Source: a virus
IMG/VR virus record: IMGVR_UViG_3300046002_007411
Coordinates: 47,708-111,707 of that record
Reading direction: 5' to 3' (one strand)
DNA length: 64,000 bases
Part shown: in pieces, positions 47,149 to 56,015 of the stretch
How positions within the stretch are numbered: position 1 is the stretch's first letter
Layout: each line of letters starts with the position of its first letter
Program-made: the position numbers and the translations under genes
The notes under the pieces: generated by a model
Databases searched by the model: none
Told to the model about the DNA's origin: nothing
The model's input: the letters and a program-made list of their open reading frames with translations, nothing else

Positions 47149-49929
47149 TTACTGACCTGCTTTCATTGTGACTTCTTGGAAGATAGAACGACTTTCATCA
47201 CGTTGTGGTTTGTGGCTAACACCCATGCCCTTGCGAGTTATGTCCATGAGATACTTGATCCAATCTTGCCCCAGAGCGGTTTCATCAAAACCTTGACTCC
47301 ACACATTATATTGTTGTTTGTCACTTGCTTGAGGATCTTTAAGGATGTTTCTCAGTTTGGTAAAACTCATGCCAGTTGTTCGCGGCGTGGGATTAAGAGA
47401 GACTTTGACATGTTCATAGCCAGGAAACTTATTCACAGATTTCATTATAGCTTGTGCCAATGGCATGTCTTTCTGATCTTCACCAACCATTATAACAACG
47501 TTATCATAGCGAGGAGCTTGTCCCCGACGTGGATTGACCAACTCATGCTTGATCTTTTGCATAAGTGATCCTCCTTGTTGAACAGCACTGATATTCGAGG
47601 CATATTCAGGATCTAGCTTGTGCCAAGTTTGTGTTTTAACAGAGGGTGGTATGGGATCATCAACTCCCACAGCATTGCCTATGAACAAATAAGGATCGGC
47701 TTGGAGTTTTTGTGCTTGTTCTTTTGTAAGCCTCCACAGCTCTTGATGACCTTTGTGTCCCACAAAACTTCCAATAGCTACTACAGCAGTTTTTGCCTTG
47801 CCTTTCACAGCAGGTGGGGCCTTGGCAGCCATGGCTTGTTTCATTTGAGGTGATGTTACTTTAAACACTTGTCCACTGGGCATGTTGACAATAATGCCTT
47901 CCATGGTATTGCCAAGAACATTTTTACCTCTTAGTTTGGGACTGGTCAAAATTGTTTGACTGAGCTTTTCTCTAGCAGCATCAAGTTTGTCTTTGTTTGC
48001 AACACGATTTTTGGGATCAAGGTCCGCAACCGGCTCAACTATTTTCTCGACATCCAATCCAGAATGTTCCAGTTGGTTGTTGATTATTTTTACATCACTT
48101 GTGCTGGCGTCCGTCAACTGCTTTTTGATTTCTGCGGATTGCTGTTCAGGTAGTTCAGTGCCTGTGCTGAACTTTTTAAAAGCAAATGGCACCAAGGTCA
48201 TAACCTTACCAAGTTCCTTGGGATCGTAACTGATATTAACAAACTTTAAACCATCCTCAGTTTGCTGGGCCATGGGCCTATATAACATTTCCGCTTGAAC
48301 CAATGTGTTAACTGGAACTTTCTTGATAAAGTCACTGCCAGTAATGATTTTCAAAACTTGATCGTAGTTGCGTGCTCGAGCTTGTTGTTCTTGATTTTGA
48401 CCTTGTTCTTTTGCATATTTAGAGAAAAATCCTTGGTCCTCGGCATATATTGGTCGATCCACCCTGCTAGTCATAAAAAATGGTTGGCCTTTTTGATCTC
48501 TACCAAAACGTATGCCAGCCCCGTCAACTTTCAAGTTAATAGGCACATCATCCAAGTTGCCACCAAGTTGAGCTATTTCCTGACAAAGTTTAATAAAATC
48601 TGCGTCCTTCATCTCCATGCTGCTGGCACGGCCGTCAGGCAGTCTACTGTAAATGTGTTGAACACCTTTTCTAGCAAAACTAGGTGTATCTTGAGCTTCT
48701 TGTATTATGCCTTTTTCTTTTTGTCTGCTACGAAACTTGCTTTCGTAATCTATTGCCATGTTTACAGCTTGCTGACGCAGTTGAGTTGAATTTGGCACTT
48801 TAAGTGGTTTGTGGTCTTTGGTTCCCAAAAGCATGATGTCAATAGCAGCGAACTTGGTATCGCGGTCACGTTGCGGATCGTCTTTTGTGATCATTTGTGC
48901 CCCAGCACCAAACAAAATATCATAAAACGCTTCGACTACAGCACGGTTTTGTTCGGGTTTTAGATACTTGTTCATAAGTTGAATTGTGCCAACAAAACTA
49001 CCTTGCAGTTTTCTATCAGCTTCCGTGCGTTTACGTCCAAACATCAGTTCAAACTGCTGATCAAGGTTTTGCACATAATGTCTATCTGCTGTTTCAATAT
49101 ATTGCATTATGGGAATATTCTTTTTGGTGGCAGGCTCACCTGTTTGAGGATCAAGGTAAGGACGGTATTTCAAACTAAGGCCACCACCTTGAGCACTGGT
49201 CACAGCAAAACTATAGTTGCTGTCTTGAACAGGCTCATCACTTATTTTAACGCCACGTTTTTGAACTTTTGCAACATACTTTTTGGTTTGATGTGCTTGC
49301 ACTAGGGCGCGATTTATATACTTGTGGAATACACCTTTAATGCCTACTTCCATGTCGTCATAATGGCTGCTGTGACTGTAAGCAAACCATTCAGTGGGCT
49401 TTTTAGTTTTGGTATCATAAGGACCCAGCTCGTAGTCCACTTGCACACGCACAACAGGATCATCTAGCAACCAAATACTGCTTAAGGAACTGTTGAATCC
49501 CAAAAGCACACCGTTTCCAACTTTTTGCCCTATGATACTTTCCAACCAAGTGGCTAATTCCTCACCAAGATTTTGATCAACTTGGGTATCAATATCACCA
49601 ACTTTGGTTTTTTTCAGTTTGTTTAGGAAATCTTCAGTGTTAATTTTTTTGATATTGAAAAAATGCACACTGCTTCCACTAAACATGTCTCCACTTGTCA
49701 GCAAACTGGGTGCCCAAATATACTTGCCTGTGGCTTCGCGAAAGCTTTTATTTTGAGCAGCAAACAACTTTCTCAGTTGTTTGACCATGAAATCTCTATT
49801 ATGCAGTTTGAGATCAATTTCTTGCGCGGCTTGATCTTGCGCACCTTTCCAACCAGGACTTTTGCTGCTTACATTGCCGCCTTCCATCAAATAAGGCAGT
49901 GGACTATATAAAATTTCAGATATGAGCAT
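47149..49929 (-). CDS. Multidomain protein: Pol-beta-like nucleotidyltransferase + ATP-dependent ligase-like domain + HIGH-type (cytidylyltransferase-like) domain
   Basis: FSGS...GDIDTQV...VQVD; LKVDG...AE...EGIIV...FKV; GSFVGHKGH...VGEDQ...MSFTKLR. Confidence 0.75.
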   Translation of the reverse strand: MLISEILYSPLPYLMEGGNVSSKSPGWKGAQDQAAQEIDLKLHNRDFMVKQLRKLFAAQNKSFREATGKYIWAPSLLTSGDMFSGSSVHFFNIKKINTEDFLNKLKKTKVGDIDTQVDQNLGEELATWLESIIGQKVGNGVLLGFNSSLSSIWLLDDPVVRVQVDYELGPYDTKTKKPTEWFAYSHSSHYDDMEVGIKGVFHKYINRALVQAHQTKKYVAKVQKRGVKISDEPVQDSNYSFAVTSAQGGGLSLKYRPYLDPQTGEPATKKNIPIMQYIETADRHYVQNLDQQFELMFGRKRTEADRKLQGSFVGTIQLMNKYLKPEQNRAVVEAFYDILFGAGAQMITKDDPQRDRDTKFAAIDIMLLGTKDHKPLKVPNSTQLRQQAVNMAIDYESKFRSRQKEKGIIQEAQDTPSFARKGVQHIYSRLPDGRASSMEMKDADFIKLCQEIAQLGGNLDDVPINLKVDGAGIRFGRDQKGQPFFMTSRVDRPIYAEDQGFFSKYAKEQGQNQEQQARARNYDQVLKIITGSDFIKKVPVNTLVQAEMLYRPMAQQTEDGLKFVNISYDPKELGKVMTLVPFAFKKFSTGTELPEQQSAEIKKQLTDASTSDVKIINNQLEHSGLDVEKIVEPVADLDPKNRVANKDKLDAAREKLSQTILTSPKLRGKNVLGNTMEGIIVNMPSGQVFKVTSPQMKQAMAAKAPPAVKGKAKTAVVAIGSFVGHKGHQELWRLTKEQAQKLQADPYLFIGNAVGVDDPIPPSVKTQTWHKLDPEYASNISAVQQGGSLMQKIKHELVNPRRGQAPRYDNVVIMVGEDQKDMPLAQAIMKSVNKFPGYEHVKVSLNPTPRTTGMSFTKLRNILKDPQASDKQQYNVWSQGFDETALGQDWIKYLMDITRKGMGVSHKPQRDESRSIFQEVTMKAGQ

Positions 49930-49981
49930 AAGGGCCTCGTAAAAATACCCAGTATTTAGTATTTTACGAGGCTATTTGTGG

Positions 49982-51019
49982 CTAAAAGAATAAACTTGAT
50001 GTGACAGTTTGAGGACGCGGAAACTCTAGGAAAAACTTTTCTGTAACCAGCACTTGATTGTCCAGTAGTTGATAAACTCTATTACTTTTGGACGGTTGAT
50101 ACCGTTGACCATCTTGAACATAGGGCAATAAGTCAGGTACTTTGGCCGCTGGTGCTGGAGCCCATGGAACATTATCCTGCCATGTTATTGTTCCCGACAT
50201 ACGGTCTAACTGTTGTTGCCATATTTGATTCAAGTTTATGTTTCGGAAGTTGTGGTTGTGTGCACGCCAGGTGGGCACAGCCAGCAGGTCGTTTACTCGT
50301 GACAAAATTACATCACTAGCCAAGTTACTGATTTGCACATGTTGCTTGTGTGATATCACATGTTGGCTGGCACTGATACATGTGTAACCATGTTCTGTCA
50401 ACCACTGTATAGCTTCATGACTGCGTGCAAGTTCATCAGGCGTTTTGTGATTGCACTCAAAAAATATCCAAGGTTGATCACGCTCAAGAAGCTGCGTGGC
50501 CCCTTGCAATACTGCCAGTTCATGACCTTCCACGTCAATTTTCATAAGTTTAACAGGATCCAGTGTTAAACTGTCAAGGTTCACAATAGGCACTTGGCGA
50601 TTACCTTGTCCCTGTTGGACAACATGGCTGGTGCCTGTTTGTGTTTTATTCCATGCAAACTCTACAACACCTGAAGTTTCACCTACAGCAGTGTTATGCA
50701 ACTTCCATGCAACCTCAGTTGCATGATATGTCCTAGTAATAGATTCACAGTTTTCTTGTATGGGTTCAAACATTTCTGTGGAAGTAACAAACCCTTGAGA
50801 TAAAAACTCCCAACTGGCTACACCATAGTTTGCACCTACATCTAGCAAATGACCTGGACCGTGGAGGCCCAGTTCTTGCCATACTGGCCACCATTTGCGA
50901 AACAACCAGTTGTCATTTTGCAAACGTAGCTTGCTGCTCCAAAAGTCTTGTTTGGTCATATGAAGCTCAAGTCCATTAAATGGCAAAACTTCAGTTTTCA
51001 AATCAGCTAGGCGTTGCAT
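49982..51019 (-). CDS. FkbM-family SAM-dependent methyltransferase
   Basis: LDVGANYG, FEP, AVG and MKIDVEGHELAVLQG motifs. Confidence 0.9.
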   Translation of the reverse strand: MQRLADLKTEVLPFNGLELHMTKQDFWSSKLRLQNDNWLFRKWWPVWQELGLHGPGHLLDVGANYGVASWEFLSQGFVTSTEMFEPIQENCESITRTYHATEVAWKLHNTAVGETSGVVEFAWNKTQTGTSHVVQQGQGNRQVPIVNLDSLTLDPVKLMKIDVEGHELAVLQGATQLLERDQPWIFFECNHKTPDELARSHEAIQWLTEHGYTCISASQHVISHKQHVQISNLASDVILSRVNDLLAVPTWRAHNHNFRNINLNQIWQQQLDRMSGTITWQDNVPWAPAPAAKVPDLLPYVQDGQRYQPSKSNRVYQLLDNQVLVTEKFFLEFPRPQTVTSSLFF

Positions 51020-51120
51020 GGGACCTCTTTAATACTATGTTATTCTTGCACATGATTTCACAGTTGTCAAAACATTTTCTCAACTCTAGCTTTTTATGAT
51101 TTAGAACAGTAAATATAGTT

Positions 51121-52689
51121 ATGGCATCAAATACACATGACCCTTTTGTTTCACAAATTCAACACTTGTTAAGCTCGCATGCGCCTGACGGCATAGCTAC
51201 ACGAGTAAAAAGCAACAAGGACCTAGCACTCGCTGTAACAGCATGGACCGCAAGCGCATCATGTTCCAACTGGAGTGAAAAAATCTATTGTTATGTGAAT
51301 GGTTTGGAACACCCACCTCTGTGTGCATGTGGTCAAGCTTTAACATTTGTCAGCATAAAAACAGGCTATCGCGAGTTCTGTTCACGATCATGTGATCATG
51401 CTAAATCAGCAGCAACTCAACGCAGAATCGCCAAAATGAAAAGTCAAGGCGGGGTAGGACTAGCCAATCCCAATACCAAAGCCAAAGCTAGAAAAACATT
51501 ACAACAAATATATGGTGATGATATCATCAATCCCAGCCAAATATTAGAAAATCGAGCAAAGTTAAAAATCAACAATCCAATGCACTGCCAAGTTACCAAA
51601 GATAAAATTAAGCAAACTACATTACTGAAATATGGCGTTGATAACGTTGCCAAGCTACATTATTCACCTAAAACTATTGAAATCTTAAATGATAAAGAAT
51701 TGTTAAAAGAACTATTTCTAAGTATGCCTACTTCTGATATTTCATCTAAACTAGGTGTAAGTGATGGTGTTATATTTAAACAACTATATAGATTTGAACT
51801 TAGAAAGCCTCATCAGTCATCTCCAGAGTTACAACTAAGAGAATACCTAACATCATTGGGCTGTGATGATTTTAAAAAAGATAGGAAAATACTAAAAGGC
51901 AAGGAACTGGATTTCTATAGTGCTTCATTAAATGTTGCAATAGAATATTGCGGATTATATTATCATTCAGAATCTGTCTACCTAAATAGGAAATACCATA
52001 GGGAAAAGTATTTACAATGTAAAGAAGCTGGTATAAAATTAGTTACTATATTTGAAAATGAATGGATACACCGACCAAATATAGTTCTGTCGCGCATTAA
52101 ACATCTCGTTAAAAGATCTGAAACTGGTATCGGTGCTAGGAAGTTAGCAATAAAAGAAATTGATACAAACATCGCTAAGCAGTTTCTAGAGGTGTTTCAC
52201 ATTGACGGATATGCAAATACATCAACAAAATTTGGTGCTTTTTATCGTGATGAACTAGTCGCTGTTATGACATTTGGTAAAAATAATCGAGTTAATTCTG
52301 CAAAGCTTTTACAAGAGTGGGAAATGGTTAGATTCGCAACTAACGGTAAAAACTATCCAGGTGTTGCTGGTAAACTATTTTCAACATTTATCAAAAGTTA
52401 TAATCCCACTAGTATTCTAAGTTACAGTAATCTACGATACGGAGAAGGCGATTATTTAAAATATCTAGGTTTTATTCGAAATAAAGATACCAGCGTGGGA
52501 TATTGGTACTTTAAAAATAATGAATATAAATTATATCATCGTTCGAACTTTACCAAGGACAATATCTTAAGGAAGTTTCCTATGATTGATTTTACTGCTG
52601 TTACAGACGAATATTCCATGGCCAAGCTTGCAGGATTAGATCGGATATGGGATTGTGGCAATGCAGTATGGGCATGGAACAAAAAATAA
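51121..52689 (+). CDS. Hef-like homing endonuclease (paralog of 35642..37318)
   Basis: ELDFY..VAIEYCGLYYHS; FENEW; ARK; GVAGKL; SYSNLRY; IWDCG; visibly AT-rich; antisense. Confidence 0.75.
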   Translation: MASNTHDPFVSQIQHLLSSHAPDGIATRVKSNKDLALAVTAWTASASCSNWSEKIYCYVNGLEHPPLCACGQALTFVSIKTGYREFCSRSCDHAKSAATQRRIAKMKSQGGVGLANPNTKAKARKTLQQIYGDDIINPSQILENRAKLKINNPMHCQVTKDKIKQTTLLKYGVDNVAKLHYSPKTIEILNDKELLKELFLSMPTSDISSKLGVSDGVIFKQLYRFELRKPHQSSPELQLREYLTSLGCDDFKKDRKILKGKELDFYSASLNVAIEYCGLYYHSESVYLNRKYHREKYLQCKEAGIKLVTIFENEWIHRPNIVLSRIKHLVKRSETGIGARKLAIKEIDTNIAKQFLEVFHIDGYANTSTKFGAFYRDELVAVMTFGKNNRVNSAKLLQEWEMVRFATNGKNYPGVAGKLFSTFIKSYNPTSILSYSNLRYGEGDYLKYLGFIRNKDTSVGYWYFKNNEYKLYHRSNFTKDNILRKFPMIDFTAVTDEYSMAKLAGLDRIWDCGNAVWAWNKK

Positions 52690-52712
52690 CACTTGCATAA
52701 AGATTTATGTAC

Positions 52713-52743
52713 AAAAAAATCCGGGATTTCTCCCGGATTTTTT
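52713..52743. terminator. Bidirectional terminator after the MCP gene
   Basis: aaaaaatccggga-tttc-tcccggatttttt. Confidence 0.9.
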
Positions 52744-52778
52744 ATTGTTCACAACAAGCAGGATACTTGCTGAGTAAC

Positions 52779-53978
52779 TTAAATAAACTTCAAGTTAGCT
52801 GTGTTAATGGAAATACCAGCCAAGTAGTCAGCAGCATTGCCAAGGCTTGATGCTGTGTTGCTGAGTTCCAAATAGCCGTAACGTGACATAAAGCTCACAA
52901 CTGGTTCAAAAGTTGTGGGGTCAATGATCACACCACTGCTTGTTAGAGGAACGTATGGGCAATAATATGCCGCCGCGTCGATTTCGCCAGGGCCTTTGTA
53001 ACCAACCAATACGTTTGTGTCGTCAGCAGCATATTGGTCAACATACACGCGCATGGTGTTGTTCAAAGTGCCAACGAACTTGGTGTTGGTTGGTGCTTCA
53101 AATGTACCTTCGGTTGTGCGAGCAAAAGCTGAAGTTGTTGCGCTTTGCAGGATTGTCAAAGCTGTGGGGCTTACCACAACCCAGTTACCTGCACCACGAC
53201 GTGTGCGGGCAGCAATCAAGTTTGCACCACGGTTGATCAACACTGCTAGAGCAGCATGTTCGTCACCAACGTATGTTGCAGTACCGCTTACAGCACCTTG
53301 GTCATAAGTTAGTGTTGTGCCAGCCAATGTACGCAAGCTGGTCAAGATTTCTTGGTCAATTTCAGCTGTGATTTCTTGAGCCAAAGCAGCCATGATTTCT
53401 GCTTCGATGTCAATGCCTTGTTGGGCTTGTGCATCTTGAGCAGCTTCAAAGGTCCAGCGAGCTGACAACTTGCGTGTCTTGGCTTCCACTGTTTCCTTCA
53501 AGATTTGGATGTTCAGTCTCTTGCCAGCTGTACCTTCTAGCACGCTGGTTGGTGCAGCGCGAGGAGTTGTGCTGTTGCCATTACCGCTATAGAAGCGTGC
53601 AATGTCGAATGGGCTGAGAGCTTCAGTTCCAGCTGCTACTGCATTTGGTGTACCAAATGTATCAGCATAACGCACACGCAGGGTGTGGATTTGGCCCACA
53701 GGACCAGTCATGGGCTGTACGCCAATGATTTCGTTAGCAATAACAGTTGGCATTACACGACGGATAACAGGCAAAATAACCTTGTTCAGGGTTGCGATGT
53801 TACCGGCGCTTGTGCTACCGGGACTGGCAGTCTCAAACAAGATGCCACTCATTTTGTTTAGTTCACGCTTGGTGTTGTCAAGGACTACGTCCATGACTTT
53901 TTTACGGTTACCACTGAGACCTTCGCATAGGGCCTGTTTTGTAGCTGCCCAGTGTGTCTCAAAGAGATTTTTACTCAT
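52779..53978 (-). CDS. gp23: Major capsid protein (gp23-like)
   Basis: LPVIRRVMP..IA.EIIGVQPMTGPVG; VEAKTRKLSARWT.E.AQD; YCPYVPL; SRYG. Confidence 0.97.
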   Translation of the reverse strand: MSKNLFETHWAATKQALCEGLSGNRKKVMDVVLDNTKRELNKMSGILFETASPGSTSAGNIATLNKVILPVIRRVMPTVIANEIIGVQPMTGPVGQIHTLRVRYADTFGTPNAVAAGTEALSPFDIARFYSGNGNSTTPRAAPTSVLEGTAGKRLNIQILKETVEAKTRKLSARWTFEAAQDAQAQQGIDIEAEIMAALAQEITAEIDQEILTSLRTLAGTTLTYDQGAVSGTATYVGDEHAALAVLINRGANLIAARTRRGAGNWVVVSPTALTILQSATTSAFARTTEGTFEAPTNTKFVGTLNNTMRVYVDQYAADDTNVLVGYKGPGEIDAAAYYCPYVPLTSSGVIIDPTTFEPVVSFMSRYGYLELSNTASSLGNAADYLAGISINTANLKFI

Positions 53979-53992
53979 TTTATTAGTTCTCC

Positions 53993-55201
53993 TTATTCTC
54001 TATGAATACCTGCCAGATACAGAATTTGGCCCAGGTCAGCCTGAGTTTCTTCTGATACTGATTCTGCAAGTTTATTGGTTCTGTTGCCTGTTACCACTGC
54101 TCGCTTTTCTTGTGTTTGTGATTCAGCAAGGGCTTGTTTGCCACGACCAGCAGGAGCAACATTACCCTGCATGACAGTGGGTAGATATCTGTTGAATGCT
54201 TCGCGCAGGTTTTGTGTGCGGATGCCTTTCAACAAATCTTCCATCACTGCTCGTTTTTCACGGCCCAATGGGGCTGTGATTTCCTGCAGGATTACCATGC
54301 GCTGGGCACGGTCTTCAGCAGTTTTTATGCGAGCTTGTGCATCTTCCACCAAACGAGTCTGAGCTTGTTTTTGACGGTCTACATGACGTAGAGCCGTGTC
54401 TAAACGACCGTTGGTTTCAGTAAGTTGACGAGTCAGCTTGCGAACTTCGCTATGTTCAGCTAGATAGCTGTTCATATACTCTGCTGCATATGCTTCAAAT
54501 ATCTTGCGTCCAAAGTTGTTTTCTCTTGCAACTTTGATGTCATCACGCCATTGACTGAGTTCTTCACGAATTACAGTGTTTAGAGTGCCTTCAACAAGAT
54601 TTTTGGCTCGATTAATGAATTGCGCGCGAGTTTCTTCAATACGTTGACGTCCTTGCTGTGCAAGCTTGACACGTTGTTCTACAAGTGCCTTCTTGTCAGC
54701 ATGGAATTCAGCTATTTCCTCGCTTAGTTGTTTGAGAATGAATTCTTCCAGTTTGCGAACACGTTGACTGTATTCCAAGCTGGTGTTTTCACGAATATTC
54801 TCAAGTTCTTTTGCCATTTGGTGACGTTGAACTTTTAGTTGACGACGATCTTTTACAAATTCCGTCAGCTCTTCATTGAGTTGACGTGCAACAAATGCAT
54901 TAATCGCCTTCATGTGCTCACGCAAACGAGCATTGTAACGTTGGCTAGATGTCTTTGTTGCAGTACGCAATTTTGCACGATCTTCAGCAAACTCACCGAG
55001 TTCGCTACGAATAGTGTCATTCAACATCCGGTCCATGGCTTCCACTAACACTGCTTTGTCATTTTGATAACGAGCAGCGTAGTCCTCATGAAGACGGGTC
55101 TCCATGCTGCGAATTTTATTTTCAAAAGCCTCCTGGAGTGTGGCTTTGAGTTCATCACCCAATGCTGTGTTCTCCAGGAGATCTTTCAATGTAGTTTCCA
55201 T
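53993..55201 (-). CDS. gp22: Prohead core scaffolding protein (gp22-like)
   Basis: Long coiled coil between the protease and MCP genes; FGRKIFEAY. Confidence 0.85.
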   Translation of the reverse strand: METTLKDLLENTALGDELKATLQEAFENKIRSMETRLHEDYAARYQNDKAVLVEAMDRMLNDTIRSELGEFAEDRAKLRTATKTSSQRYNARLREHMKAINAFVARQLNEELTEFVKDRRQLKVQRHQMAKELENIRENTSLEYSQRVRKLEEFILKQLSEEIAEFHADKKALVEQRVKLAQQGRQRIEETRAQFINRAKNLVEGTLNTVIREELSQWRDDIKVARENNFGRKIFEAYAAEYMNSYLAEHSEVRKLTRQLTETNGRLDTALRHVDRQKQAQTRLVEDAQARIKTAEDRAQRMVILQEITAPLGREKRAVMEDLLKGIRTQNLREAFNRYLPTVMQGNVAPAGRGKQALAESQTQEKRAVVTGNRTNKLAESVSEETQADLGQILYLAGIHRE

Positions 55202-55217
55202 TGGACGGTCGCTCCTT

Positions 55218-55862
55218 TTAAAGTTTCAGATCATCAATCCAGCTTAGCAAGGCGGACTTCAAGTGCTTTTGAGCCTTGGGGTCGTGCCTAACGCTTTGTG
55301 CTAGATCCAGAGTCCGATATCCATGTCTGCGATTCATTAGTTGTTCATACACTGGAGTGGGATATGCATTAGGTGCACTGGGGTTGGCAACAATGTCCAC
55401 TGTAAGCATATCAAAGTCGCTTACTCGACCTTCGTCATCAACGTTACCACTACCACGGCTGCTAACGCCAAGTTTGCAACCGCATTCCAGCAAAGTTTTT
55501 ATAATATTACCCACTGGTGTAGGTAGTATTTGCAACTTGCCAATCCCATTATCTCCGTCCATCCACATGTCTGTGATTTTGTGGCTGACACGATCTAAAT
55601 GAATCTGTAGTTCTTGAGGATGATCGCATTCGCCTAAAACACTGTTGTTTTTGCGAATTTGTTCTTTTATTTGCTCTACTGCTCGACGTATTTCTGGGGC
55701 AGGATAAACTCTGCCATTTTGGTTTCTGCGGGAACCTTCAATGAAGATCCCTTTCATATACATGTGTTTAGTTTGACCATTGCCATCTGTTTCAGTTAAA
55801 ACTTCAGCAGCGGCTCGTTCATATGTAAGATGTTCAATAAGCAGAGCGCTTGTCATTTTCAT
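55218..55862 (-). CDS. gp21: Prohead core protease (gp21-like)
   Basis: NQNGRVY, GECDHP, VSH, LGVSSRGSG and DIVANPSAPNA motifs. Confidence 0.95.
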   Translation of the reverse strand: MKMTSALLIEHLTYERAAAEVLTETDGNGQTKHMYMKGIFIEGSRRNQNGRVYPAPEIRRAVEQIKEQIRKNNSVLGECDHPQELQIHLDRVSHKITDMWMDGDNGIGKLQILPTPVGNIIKTLLECGCKLGVSSRGSGNVDDEGRVSDFDMLTVDIVANPSAPNAYPTPVYEQLMNRRHGYRTLDLAQSVRHDPKAQKHLKSALLSWIDDLKL

Positions 55863-55964
55863 CCTCGGACATTCTTTGTCAGAGATATTTAGTAGCCAGG
55901 GTCTAAACCATTAAAAAATAGTGTGGTTTTCTGTTGTTTCTTGGGATTTGGTTTATTCAAAAAG

Positions 55965-55994
55965 GAAAAACGGCTGTGTTACCAGCCGTTTTTC
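55965..55994. terminator. Rho-independent terminator
   Basis: gaaaaacggctg-tgttac-cagccgtttttc. Confidence 0.8.
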
Positions 55995-56015
55995 ACAAAA
56001 ACTACAGTAAGTAGT

